Assembly: GCF_018780105.1 (NCBI RefSeq)
Contig: NZ_JADMKC010000005.1
Coordinates: 16,482-80,481, forward strand
Length of the DNA stretch: 64,000 nt
Direction: 5' to 3'
DNA from: Thiobacillus sp.
GTDB taxonomy: Bacteria; Pseudomonadota; Gammaproteobacteria; Burkholderiales; Thiobacillaceae
Below the pieces are notes generated by a model. It was not told where the DNA came from. It saw only the letters and a list, made by a program, of their open reading frames with translations, and ran no database searches. Made by a program: the position numbers and the translations under genes. Shown in pieces: positions 42,116-51,448 of this stretch. Every line of letters begins with the position of its first letter. The stretch's first letter is position 1.

Positions 42116-42303
42116 TGACTATGGTCCAGACAGCTTATGGTGTGCGCTAATTTAGTGCGAAAACCGTCATTTTTCTGGCTTATTCGAAACTTTAACGATG
42201 TACTGGTCATGGGGCTTGTAAACATATTTACGCCAACTATGCTTGATTTCGCATTTGGGTTTTTCTGTTGCATTGGGCCAGTTCGTTGTTCAAGGGGCAC
42301 GCC

Positions 42304-43128
42304 ATGAAACTGCATCGAACATTGTTCGGATTCACACTGGTTACCGTTGCAGTTCTCGTCGGCAATCAGGCCCATGCGACCGCCACACTCGGCGGGGTGG
42401 TGTCCCTCGTCGGAGGCTCTGGTGCCTGTAATTTCAGCCAGCTGGTTCCGCTCAACACCCAGCAGGATACCTTTGTGCTCAACGGAGCGACCGGTTGTCT
42501 GGGCACTTCATCCAGCGTCGATCTGCATGGAGAGGCGGCGACCGGTACGATCGGCCTGCGCGCGACGTCGAGTGGCAACGGGTTGGGTAGCAGTCAAGCT
42601 GCAGCGCAAGTGTATTACAGCGACCATTGGCTGCTTACGCCACCAGCAGGTTTGGCTAATGGAACGTACAGCATTCCCGTCTCACTCACGCTGGAGGGCA
42701 ACATTTCTCCCGGGGCATTGTACGGTTTTCAATTTAACCGTTTTCTGGACTACAGCTTGTCGGTACGTGATTTATACGCAGGGATATCTCCCTCAACCCT
42801 GTTCAGTGCTAACGGCTCGATTTCCACTACCGGGGCGTTTACACAAACCTTCAACGGCAATGTGAATTTCCGCTATTTCGGTCCAGGTTCAGCCTTGCCG
42901 ATGACTGCCGAGGTCATCGCCAGCCTTTCCCTGCCTGGCTTGAATGAGGGTGTCGTCGATTTCTACAATACGGCATCGATTTCGATGCAACTACCGTCTG
43001 GGTTTTCGGCCGCCACCTCATCGGGGTTGCCATTGGTTTTCCAGCCTGTGCCTGAGCCACGCACTAGCGCGATGATGTTCGTGGGCCTGGGACTTCTTGC
43101 ATGGCGTGTGCGTCACCAGTACACGTAA
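42304..43128 (+). CDS. PEP-CTERM exosortase-targeted surface protein
   Basis: Signal peptide; C-terminal VPEPRTSAMMFVGLGLLAWRVR; visibly lower GC than flanks; only plus-strand gene in this block. Confidence 0.85.
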   Translation: MKLHRTLFGFTLVTVAVLVGNQAHATATLGGVVSLVGGSGACNFSQLVPLNTQQDTFVLNGATGCLGTSSSVDLHGEAATGTIGLRATSSGNGLGSSQAAAQVYYSDHWLLTPPAGLANGTYSIPVSLTLEGNISPGALYGFQFNRFLDYSLSVRDLYAGISPSTLFSANGSISTTGAFTQTFNGNVNFRYFGPGSALPMTAEVIASLSLPGLNEGVVDFYNTASISMQLPSGFSAATSSGLPLVFQPVPEPRTSAMMFVGLGLLAWRVRHQYT

Positions 43129-43159
43129 GGCGCAGGGCATCAATAGGCGAAGCACATTG

Positions 43160-43240
43160 CGCGCAGCGCCAGGCGGAGCCGTCTGGATGCAAGGGCCTGC
43201 CGTCCAAGGGGTAGGCCAGCGCCGGTGATGCTCATTGACT
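43160..43240 (-). pseudogene. Decayed copy of the 5' end of the rlmA-like gene
   Basis: 68 of 81 positions match 42032-42120 by manual alignment, with an 8-nt frameshifting deletion. Confidence 0.8.
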
Positions 43241-43261
43241 GGTTCACCGTACGACGAGCGT

Positions 43262-45316
43262 TCAAAACGCCATATGGTAAGCCGTCGCCAGCCACATATT
43301 GGGTGCAGCGCCTTCGGTCGTCACATTCAGCATGAGCGAAGCCATGCCATCGCCCAGTTTTCCTTCCACGCCGCCCCCTGCGCGCAGCCAGGTTTGCTTG
43401 TTGTCGGTGCCGGCAATATCGAAGCTGAACAGCCCCACCACCTGACCATGGGTGTCGGCCTGATTTTCCTGAAACAGGTGGGCGGCTTCGACGATGCCAA
43501 TCAGACGCATGGTGCCGGCAAGCGGACGGCTGGCGTTGGCACCGATGCGCAGCTCGGTCGCCTTGTTCGTGCGCGCGTCGTAAGCCACCGGAAACCCGCC
43601 GCCGGTTTCCGTGTAGGCATCCGTGCGCGTTTCGCTGTGGCTCAAGTCGGCATAAGGCGTGAGGCTGACCTGCTCGAATGCCAGCGCGTCATCCCAGTCG
43701 AGCCGGGCGCGCAACCCCCAGGTAAACGTATCGGTATTGCCGTCGGACGTCGTCGGCAAGCCCGCATTCAGATAGCCGCGACGAATATCCGCCTCGCCCC
43801 ACATGCCGTAGGCATCAAACGTCGCCCACAGCTTGTTGGGCAGGGGCAGCAGGGCCTCGGCCATCAAATAGGTGCCATCGGCCTGGGCTTCGCCAGCCAG
43901 CGAGAGATTTTGCTTTCCCCAGGCCTGCCCCAGCGACAGATTGAGTTGCACGCTGCCCAGATTCGCCCCGCCCCCCAGCTCGGCCGCGCCCAGACTGCCG
44001 TTGCGCGTGTCGTGGTTGTCCGTGCCCCAATCGCCCGATACCCAGACCACCTTCTGGCCGGCCGCCACCCGGCGTGCCAGTGGCCGGCTGTGCTCGCCAT
44101 GCATCACCAGATTGCTCATCCCAAGCGTCATGTCGCCCGCACGGCTGGCTTCGAGCAGACTTTGCTGCAAGCCGGCCAGGCTGACCGCGCCGCTGCCCAC
44201 AGCCGACACGCGCGCCAGAAAGGCTTCGGCGCCGGACGGGCCGTACGATTCCCCGACCACCGTACTGCCATCCGCCGAAACGTCCTTGGCACTGGCCAGC
44301 AGATAGCCCGGCGCGACCGTCACGCCCGCGGCCGCGAGCCAGTCGGTCACGCTTTGCATCCCGCCCGCCTGCGTCCAGCGGAACGCCTGCTGGTTGTTGC
44401 TGGCGTTAACGCCGCGTCCCACCACCACTGAGCCATCGCTATTGACCGCATTGGCCACGCTGTCGAACATCCCGCCTGCCAGATCGCCGAGGCCCACCAT
44501 CCCGCCCGCCTGGGTCCAGCGGAACGCCTCCTGGCCGCTGGCGCTCGTGCTATATCCCACCACTACCGCGCCATTGCCACTCACGCCAAAGGCTTCACTG
44601 AAAAAACTCCCGCCTGTCAGATCGCCCAGGCCCACCATCCCGCCTGCCTGCGTCCAGCGGAACGCCTCATTGCCGCTGGCGCTGCTGCCCATTCCCACCA
44701 CGACCGAGCCATCATCATTCACGCCGAGGGCGAAACTGGAAGTCCCGCCGCCTGCCAAGTCGCCGAGGCCCACCATCCCGCCCACCTGGGTCCAGCGAAA
44801 CGCCTCAGAGCTGAAGCTGGCGTTGTTGCCATACCCCACCACCACCGACCCATCGCCGTTCGTGGCGAAAGCCGTGCTTTCAAACTGTCCCCCCGGCAGA
44901 TCGCCGAGGCCCACGATCCCGCCCGCCTGCGTCCAACGGAACGCCTCGAACTGGCTGCTGGCGTTGCGGCCGCGTCCCACGACCACTGCGCCATCGCCGC
45001 TCACGCCATAGGCCAGACTCTCGAACAGCCCGCCCGGCAGATCGCCCAAGCCCACCATGCCGCCCGCCTCGGTCCATCGGATCGCCTCGTAGCCACTGGC
45101 ACCGATGCTGCGCCCCACCACGACTGTGCCGTCATCGCTTACGCCCGCGGCATAACTCGCAAACCCACCACCTGTCAGATCGCCCAATGGCGTGAATTCG
45201 GATGCGCCGACTGCCAGCGGGGCAAGGCAGGCCACATACAGTGCTGCCCGCAACAAGGGCAGGGTGAGTTTGGGCTGGAATGAAGAAGCCAAGCCGGTAG
45301 AACGGATGGGGTGCAT
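43262..45316 (-). CDS. Autotransporter with HAF-type extracellular repeats
   Basis: About seven 44-47 aa repeats (LGDL.GG...S.A..V..DG.VVVG......EAFRWTQAGG) followed by a beta-barrel-like domain ending in F; start uncertain (ORF open to 45409). Confidence 0.85.
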   Translation of the reverse strand: MHPIRSTGLASSFQPKLTLPLLRAALYVACLAPLAVGASEFTPLGDLTGGGFASYAAGVSDDGTVVVGRSIGASGYEAIRWTEAGGMVGLGDLPGGLFESLAYGVSGDGAVVVGRGRNASSQFEAFRWTQAGGIVGLGDLPGGQFESTAFATNGDGSVVVGYGNNASFSSEAFRWTQVGGMVGLGDLAGGGTSSFALGVNDDGSVVVGMGSSASGNEAFRWTQAGGMVGLGDLTGGSFFSEAFGVSGNGAVVVGYSTSASGQEAFRWTQAGGMVGLGDLAGGMFDSVANAVNSDGSVVVGRGVNASNNQQAFRWTQAGGMQSVTDWLAAAGVTVAPGYLLASAKDVSADGSTVVGESYGPSGAEAFLARVSAVGSGAVSLAGLQQSLLEASRAGDMTLGMSNLVMHGEHSRPLARRVAAGQKVVWVSGDWGTDNHDTRNGSLGAAELGGGANLGSVQLNLSLGQAWGKQNLSLAGEAQADGTYLMAEALLPLPNKLWATFDAYGMWGEADIRRGYLNAGLPTTSDGNTDTFTWGLRARLDWDDALAFEQVSLTPYADLSHSETRTDAYTETGGGFPVAYDARTNKATELRIGANASRPLAGTMRLIGIVEAAHLFQENQADTHGQVVGLFSFDIAGTDNKQTWLRAGGGVEGKLGDGMASLMLNVTTEGAAPNMWLATAYHMAF

Positions 45317-45522
45317 GAGTTTCCTGGCTTGAAGGGAAAGAACTTCCGGGGACACGATGCCGTCGGTTGGCGGCGTCGTTGCAGATGCTTGATATAACGC
45401 TTCAATCACGGCGTACTTGAGGCATCTGACAAAGGCCGGGCGGAGCTAAGCCCGCTAGCATCTCCCCAAACCGCATAGGGGCAAGGGCCCGCCACCCATG
45501 CATGCATGGGTCGATAACGAAT

Positions 45523-45903
45523 TTACGCCGGGGTTTGCAATGCCGCCTGCATCGCCTGCTCGCTCACCGGGTAGGTCAACACAGCATGGATGGGAAACAG
45601 TTCCAGCAGCTTGCCGATATGCGGTTCTTCACGCGGATGCATGAACACGATCACCTTCGCCTGTGGCGCAAAGCGTTGCAGGGTGCGGATCGTGACGTCC
45701 AGGTTCGAGACGTTTGCGCCGGCGTAATTGTTGCCCCAGCCGTAGACGAATTCCCCGACGAAAAAACCCGGCGGCTGCTTCTGCAACGCCCGATGGAGAT
45801 TGCGGGCCGTGTCGAAGCGCTCCGCCGTAATGCCCAGCTTTTGGTACAGGGCACTGAAGTCGGGAGGGAAGGGGGATTCGGTCAGGGAGAAAAGTGTTGG
45901 CAT
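45523..45903 (-). CDS. Hypothetical protein, possibly receiver-like fold (126 aa)
   Basis: Clean ORF with alternating beta/alpha pattern; no family recognised with certainty. Confidence 0.65.
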   Translation of the reverse strand: MPTLFSLTESPFPPDFSALYQKLGITAERFDTARNLHRALQKQPPGFFVGEFVYGWGNNYAGANVSNLDVTIRTLQRFAPQAKVIVFMHPREEPHIGKLLELFPIHAVLTYPVSEQAMQAALQTPA

Positions 45904-46178
45904 GTTGCGGGCGTTTACATCGGAACGCGTTGATTATCGTCCTGACAGGCTGGCGCCGGAAATGGAGCGAGATGCTCATTTTTATTTCCGATGTTGACCC
46001 CTTTAGTCCACGAAGGAAACCGTGGTTCTTATCACGCACCCAATTACGCAAATGCCACCCTCGGCAGGGGCCTCCGGAGGCGAAAGCCTTGCCCGGAGGC
46101 CGGACAACCGGTCCCAGCCAGCTTGCACAGGCTTACGCGGGTGGTGTCAGCCTACAGCCACCGGGGGCTAGGCCGAGA

Positions 46179-46904
46179 TCAGGGCTTGTGGTCCAACTGG
46201 TTCGGGGCAGAGACGTCCCTACCGCCGAGTATCGTGGACCAGTTGCCGGTGGCTGAATTGTTATAGCCGCCGACCACCGCCGAGTAATAGCCCCCAGCTG
46301 TGTTGCCGGTGCCGCCATAGACCGATGCCATGTAGTTGGTGCTGATGTTGTTGGAGCCTGCGATGATCGCCCCGGCGCTGGAGTAGTTGTTCTGCAGTCC
46401 CATGATGAGGTTGTGGGAGCCGGTTCGGGTGTTCACCACGCCGGCGCCGGAACGCAACTCGTTGTAGCCGATGGTCAGGTTGCCGAGCCCGTTCACCCCG
46501 GCAGCGAAGGAAGCGCCTTTGCCATTGCGGAGGTGCAGATTGGCGCCGGTGATGTAGACATCGGTGCCGATGCGGCTGAAGTAGACCAGCTTGTCGGCCA
46601 CCGGCGCCACCTTGTTGTCGCAATAGGTCTTGGCATCCGCTACCCCCGTGTTCACTGACGCCTGCAGGGCCGTGATGGCGGCGGCTTGCTGGTTGATGGT
46701 GTTTTGCGCCGAGGCCAGGGCAGCGCCCTGTTGAGTGATGGTGGCCTGCGCCGCCGTCAGGGTCGTGTTCAGGCTGTCGATCTCGGCCTTCAGGGAGGTC
46801 AGCGAGAGGCGCTCCGCGCTGGTGGCTGTGGCCGCGTGGGCCAGAAACAGCGCGCCAACCAGCGCCTTCAACATCAATCCTGAGTATCCGTTCTTTTCTT
46901 TCAT
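46179..46904 (-). CDS. Exported coiled-coil / Gly-rich fibre or adhesin-like protein
   Basis: Signal peptide, heptad Ala/Gln/Thr stretch, C-terminal GG.N.A..S.V.GG repeats. Confidence 0.7.
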   Translation of the reverse strand: MKEKNGYSGLMLKALVGALFLAHAATATSAERLSLTSLKAEIDSLNTTLTAAQATITQQGAALASAQNTINQQAAAITALQASVNTGVADAKTYCDNKVAPVADKLVYFSRIGTDVYITGANLHLRNGKGASFAAGVNGLGNLTIGYNELRSGAGVVNTRTGSHNLIMGLQNNYSSAGAIIAGSNNISTNYMASVYGGTGNTAGGYYSAVVGGYNNSATGNWSTILGGRDVSAPNQLDHKP

Positions 46905-46970
46905 GGTCCGCTCCTCTGTGATGGGTCGTATGGTTCAAAACACAAACGTGCCGCCCACGCGGCACGCATC

Positions 46971-47001
46971 AAAAAACAGCCCCCTGGGGGAGGCCGGCTG
47001 T
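46971..47001 (-). terminator. Probable intrinsic terminator after the second PEP-CTERM gene
   Basis: Minus strand ACAGCC...GGCTG stem followed by T6; a second 8-bp hairpin lies at 46947-46966. Confidence 0.5.
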
Positions 47002-47116
47002 CACTGTTCTATGGCTGATAACGCTGTGAAGAGGCTCTACGCATTCCAGCAGGGACCAATGCACGCTCCCGTGAGCGCCTCCGATCGAATGGAATACGTG
47101 AATTGCCGCGCCGGCT

Positions 47117-47836
47117 TCAAGCCAGGCCGTCAGAACCTCTACGCACTGCGCGCCGCGTGGTGCGGACGCCCAGCAGGCCCAGGCCGGCCATCAGCATGGC
47201 CCAGGTGCCCGGTTCCGGAACCTGGGCCACGGCGGTCACGACGTCATCGGCGTTCCATAGGAAATAGCCGCTCTGGCCGTCATGGGAGGTGGTCACGCTA
47301 GCCGCAGTAAAGGTGGCTGTGGGATCGACGATGCCCAGGAAGTAGACCGAAGTGCCGTCGTTCAGGGTGTACTGCAGGTCCGCGCTGGAGAGGCTGGCCG
47401 AGAACGAACCTACCGTGAGCTGGAAGTCGTCGTCGATGAGCCCGTCCAGGGACATCACATAGAGGCCCACGGCGTTGCGCGCGCCAAAGCCCAGCTGGAA
47501 ATCGTCGCCGTCCTGAAGCATGCCGAGGTCATTGGTGCCGAGGAAGTTGGGTGCCGAGGTGGTGTCGGCCCCGTCGGTGACCTGCAGGCTCACGCCGCCC
47601 AGGTCGTAGCTGAAGCTGATCCCGTCCACGGTGTCGCCACTAGCGATCAGGTCACCCGCCGTCAGGCCGTCGAAGTTCAGGGTGGTGATGCTCACATTGC
47701 TCAGCCCCGCCACCGCCGCATCGTAGGTGCCGCGGTCGGTAAACGCGTTGGGGGCCGCCTGGACCAGGCCGGCATACGCCAGAGTGCAGCAAATGGCCGA
47801 ACTGCTTAGCAGGGCCTGGACCAACCGATTTCCCAT
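47117..47836 (-). CDS. PEP-CTERM surface protein
   Basis: Signal peptide; C-terminal VPEPGTWAMLMAGLGLLGVRTTRR. Confidence 0.9.
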   Translation of the reverse strand: MGNRLVQALLSSSAICCTLAYAGLVQAAPNAFTDRGTYDAAVAGLSNVSITTLNFDGLTAGDLIASGDTVDGISFSYDLGGVSLQVTDGADTTSAPNFLGTNDLGMLQDGDDFQLGFGARNAVGLYVMSLDGLIDDDFQLTVGSFSASLSSADLQYTLNDGTSVYFLGIVDPTATFTAASVTTSHDGQSGYFLWNADDVVTAVAQVPEPGTWAMLMAGLGLLGVRTTRRAVRRGSDGLA

Positions 47837-47913
47837 GACTCTCTCCTGAAAGGGGTACTGCTCTTATTGGGTTCGTCCGCCAAGCTCGCGGCCGAGGATG
47901 TTCGTTGTATACA

Positions 47914-48013
47914 AGCAAGTAAAATGCCAGTATAAAAATACCGATATAAAACATGATGTTGTGCGTCACCCATCGGCCAGGGCCTACACAAGTGGCAAAA
48001 AATCCGACACTTG
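47914..48013 (-). promoter_or_regulatory. Sigma54 promoter (47914-47929) and upstream enhancer-like box (47989-48013)
   Basis: Minus strand TGGCATTTTACTTGCT (GG-N10-GC); CAAGTG-GCAAAAAATCCGA-CACTTG about 60 nt further upstream. Confidence 0.75.
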
Positions 48014-48103
48014 GGCCTGGTCAGGGAACAAATGGGGTCACCCTGGCCCCTTTGATTTTGTAGCGATCGCCTGACGGGTAAATGATCCTGCCGCGCCGGG
48101 CGT

Positions 48104-48490
48104 TTAGCAGCCTGCTTGCTTGGCCAGCGCGTTGCGCATGCCATCAGACCAGTCCGAAATGAACACCTCGATTGACTCGGCGAATTCAGGATCGGGTTGC
48201 GTCTTGTCGATCGTACAGTGAACGATCAGCGCCTCATTCGCCTCATCTGCGGTGAGCGTCCATGTCAGCGCATGCGGGCAGTCGAGCAGCGCATAACGGA
48301 CACCTTTCCGAATCTCGTCGCGTCGCAGACTGAACGCACCCCAGAGGCAGTAGATATTGCCGGCGTTGCTGCTGTCCGACGTGGCCGAGCTGATGGAGGC
48401 GCACAGACTTGGCAGATTGTCGATGGTCAGGAGATTCTTGAGCGCAGGGATGTCGAGGTGAGGGTGTTGGATTTCGCTAAAAAATTCCAT
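48104..48490 (-). CDS. Hypothetical protein (128 aa)
   Basis: Clean ORF, co-oriented with neighbours; no family recognised. Confidence 0.65.
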   Translation of the reverse strand: MEFFSEIQHPHLDIPALKNLLTIDNLPSLCASISSATSDSSNAGNIYCLWGAFSLRRDEIRKGVRYALLDCPHALTWTLTADEANEALIVHCTIDKTQPDPEFAESIEVFISDWSDGMRNALAKQAGC

Positions 48491-48562
48491 GCGTATTTTC
48501 TTTAGAACGTGTGAGCTGAAAGTCGTCGCGTTGCCTCTTTCTCGTAGCTGTCCAATGCAACG

Positions 48563-49105
48563 CTAAACGCCGTATGGGAGTTTGGAGGCCATCATCTTCC
48601 TCCGGTCAAGCTTGCGCCCATCGACAATGAACGTTCCGTCGCCGACAGCGTGAACCGTGCGCTTCTCCTTGCGTGCGGTATCGATGTATGCGGCAACCGC
48701 CTGTAACACGACGATGTTGTGCTTCTTGACGATGTCTATGACCTTGCACTCCATGTTGGCGAGGCACTCCTTGATCAAGGGCGACGTGACGAATTTGCCC
48801 GGCACAGGTGTGAGCTTGAACTTGGCAAACTTGTCTGTATCAGCCCCAGAGCACGTCCCTATACCGACGACCTTATCCAGCATGTCAACCGTGGGAATGG
48901 CAATGACGCACTCCCTATTCTTTCGCAACGCCGCGAAAGAATGATTCCATTCACCCGTGGTGATGGCAAATAGCGGAGTGAAATCCATCACCATGGTCCA
49001 GGAGATAGTCATGATGTTGTCTTTCTGCCCATCATGGGTCGTCACGAGGACAACAGGCCCTGATTCCATCAGGGTAAAGGCCTTGTTCAGTTTCAACTGC
49101 CGCAT
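48563..49105 (-). CDS. Flavin reductase-like protein
   Basis: GPVVLVTT, NIMTISW, ECVIAIP, GTCSG..TDKF, PLIKECLANMEC. Confidence 0.88.
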   Translation of the reverse strand: MRQLKLNKAFTLMESGPVVLVTTHDGQKDNIMTISWTMVMDFTPLFAITTGEWNHSFAALRKNRECVIAIPTVDMLDKVVGIGTCSGADTDKFAKFKLTPVPGKFVTSPLIKECLANMECKVIDIVKKHNIVVLQAVAAYIDTARKEKRTVHAVGDGTFIVDGRKLDRRKMMASKLPYGV

Positions 49106-49295
49106 GAGAGCTCCTCGTGATATTCCTTTGGCATCGACGATATCGGAAGCTGACCCCTTTGCGAGGCGAAGCCTGCTGTAAGCCTGTCACCGTTGAGGGA
49201 TGGGTGTTCAGGTGTCATGCGTGAAACCGGCGGCTACAGGAAAAATGGAGTCTGACCTCATTTACCTTTCGAGCCAGCCCTTTGATTCCCCTGAC

Positions 49296-49691
49296 CTAAG
49301 CGCAGCCGCATGCGCCGCTTGCGGGCGTGCCGGCACTTTTGCCTTCGGTCGGGTGGCCGTCGCGCTTCCACCAGTCGAGTCCCCCGATCAGTTCCCTGAC
49401 CTTGAAGCCGAGCCTGGTCATGTTGAGCGCGCCCTTGGTCGAGGCGTTACAGCCGATGCCATCGCAGTAGGTCACGATGAGGCTCGCCTTGTCGAAGCCG
49501 GCGGTCGTGGCCGCGTCCATCGTGCGATGCGGGATGGATACGGCACCCGGAATGTGTTCCGCCGCATAGGCTTGGGGCGACCGTGTGTCGATCACGATCA
49601 CGGACTCGCTGTTCTCGAGGGCTACCTTCAGGTCCCACGAATCGATCTCGTAGGCCAGTTTGTCGGAGTAATGCTTGATCTGATCGTTCAT
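49296..49691 (-). CDS. Rhodanese-like domain protein
   Basis: IDTRS..AY..EHIPGA, YCDGIGCNAS, ELIGGLDWW; ends ACGCA. Confidence 0.9.
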   Translation of the reverse strand: MNDQIKHYSDKLAYEIDSWDLKVALENSESVIVIDTRSPQAYAAEHIPGAVSIPHRTMDAATTAGFDKASLIVTYCDGIGCNASTKGALNMTRLGFKVRELIGGLDWWKRDGHPTEGKSAGTPASGACGCA

Positions 49692-49758
49692 GTTCAGGAT
49701 GGGATAGGAAGCGCGGGGTTCATTAGAAATATTCGAGCCTGGCCCCTTTAACTCGTTG

Positions 49759-51114
49759 TTATGTGTTGAGGCGAACCATTAAATTACTAAGTCTCGCATT
49801 CGCTTTATCTAGCATTTGATCGGGGTCGTTTGGGTACCGAATTTTGTCCAAGCCAGACTCAATATCTTCTCGAGTCGCGAGCAGTGCATTATGCGTAGCC
49901 AGTTGATCTACTTGAGCGGCAATCTGGTCGCGCGGCAGTCGACACACAAGTACAGCGAAAACCGATGCTGGGTGCCCACTGCTCGCCAATGATTTTGAAA
50001 GTGAACCGCGTCTATCCACGAGCTTACCCAATTTTGAGGCGAAGTCGGCTATTCGAGTGGTGCACTCCACAACGATTAGTTTCCCTCCTGGCGTTGTTAC
50101 GACAATGTCAGGGGAGTTTGTTTCGATAGGAATTACCGGTGTGAAGCCGAGTAAAAAAAGAAGCGCGGCGATACCTTGTTCAAACTTCGATGAGTCTGCT
50201 GATTCAAGAAGTGCGTTTCTAACCATGCGCAAGTCTTTATCGAAGTGTTGAATAGCAAGAAACCTATTGTTTCTCGCCTTCGTTGCGTCGATAAACCATT
50301 GCCTTCGCACTGGGGACGACTTAATCATTAGTACGCCGAACACGCTGTCAGCGTGAGTCAAAACAATGTTTGCAGTGCCCACCCGAAGGCCATCTTTGAC
50401 GCGCCCCCAACGGATTTGACTAGCGATTTGCTGGCGTGCGTTAAGCCCCGCACCAGGTACTGTGCGTATCATCAGCGCGACATCATTCACGTTGAATTTT
50501 GGATGTGCATGGAGGGTTACTTGAAGCCGGTCGTCAATGAGAGAACACTTTTCGAAAATTATGTCGACAGGCGGGCCAATGTGAATATTGATAGATGGTG
50601 GATTTGAATTGGCCAGCGGCGATACGAGACCTAGCCAAGCGGTAACGTCTGATATCCCATCAAAGGGATTGTTGGCCACGCGGAGCGCATTGTCGAAACC
50701 TCTAAGCTGAGTTTGAGCCGGGAGTGGGATACGGCCGCCGCTGATTCGAAGATGGAGGGGGGAGTACCACGGTTCGCTATGACTCGTGTTCGAATAAAGA
50801 TCAAGAGATGCCCGCTCAGGCAACGGCAACGTCAATCGCTTACCAGGGAGGGTGAGTACTCCATCGACCGCGTTTGAGAGCAGCGTTAATAGAACCCTCT
50901 TGTTGCGCGGGAACTCTTGTATGTGCCCAACATGCCAGCCGTCCCCATCAATTTGAAACGATGTGTCCTTCTCGGACGGAAGCGGATTTAGTGCGATTGA
51001 CGCGTCCATGATTCCGTCTGGACTAGCTAGAAATCTAACATCGAGCGAATAGCCGTTACACACCCACGCTTCGGCAGCCTGAAGGAAAGTTGTTTTTCTG
51101 ATGTCGTTGGTCAA
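49759..51114 (-). CDS. Lower-GC hypothetical protein with C-terminal PD-(D/E)XK-like nuclease motif
   Basis: 451-aa ORF in visibly AT-richer DNA; FEQGIAALLFLLGF...PDIVV...VVECTT; TTG start with GAGGAG RBS. Confidence 0.6.
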   Translation of the reverse strand: MTNDIRKTTFLQAAEAWVCNGYSLDVRFLASPDGIMDASIALNPLPSEKDTSFQIDGDGWHVGHIQEFPRNKRVLLTLLSNAVDGVLTLPGKRLTLPLPERASLDLYSNTSHSEPWYSPLHLRISGGRIPLPAQTQLRGFDNALRVANNPFDGISDVTAWLGLVSPLANSNPPSINIHIGPPVDIIFEKCSLIDDRLQVTLHAHPKFNVNDVALMIRTVPGAGLNARQQIASQIRWGRVKDGLRVGTANIVLTHADSVFGVLMIKSSPVRRQWFIDATKARNNRFLAIQHFDKDLRMVRNALLESADSSKFEQGIAALLFLLGFTPVIPIETNSPDIVVTTPGGKLIVVECTTRIADFASKLGKLVDRRGSLSKSLASSGHPASVFAVLVCRLPRDQIAAQVDQLATHNALLATREDIESGLDKIRYPNDPDQMLDKANARLSNLMVRLNT

Positions 51115-51157
51115 AGAATCACTCCTCAGAACAAATGGGGGGTGGACACCATATTTA

Positions 51158-51445
51158 TCATTGGTGAACCGGCGTAGCAGAGAGCCTGACCCCCAGCGCG
51201 TGCAGCAGCTTGAGCATGGTGTCGTAGCGGGGCTTGGCGCCGGGTGTCAGCGCCTTGTACAGGCTTTCGCGTCCCAGCCCGGCATCCTTGGCGAGCTGCG
51301 CCATGCCGCGGGCACGGGCTACGTCACGCACAGCGGTCAGAAAGACATCGGGGTTAGGGTCGTCCAGTGCGGCGGTGATGTATTCCGCGATGGTTTCCTC
51401 GTTGTCGAGGTAATCGGCGGCGTCGAAGGTGGAAAATTTGGTCAT
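51158..51445 (-). CDS. Addiction module antidote (HTH antitoxin)
   Basis: FDAADYLDNEETIAEYI, ARARGMAQLAKDAGLGRESLYKAL. Confidence 0.92.
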   Translation of the reverse strand: MTKFSTFDAADYLDNEETIAEYITAALDDPNPDVFLTAVRDVARARGMAQLAKDAGLGRESLYKALTPGAKPRYDTMLKLLHALGVRLSATPVHQ

Positions 51446-51448
51446 GAT

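Larger units (their letters stand above)
45958..51155. repeat. Six related short intergenic motifs (45958-46004, 48026-48057, 49141-49160, 49243-49287, 49726-49749, 51129-51155)
   Basis: Shared exact sub-words: CCTGGCCCCTTT, GAACAAATGGGG, TGACCCCTTT, CCCTTTGATT, AAATGGAG..CTCATTT; same orientation, all intergenic. Confidence 0.65.
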
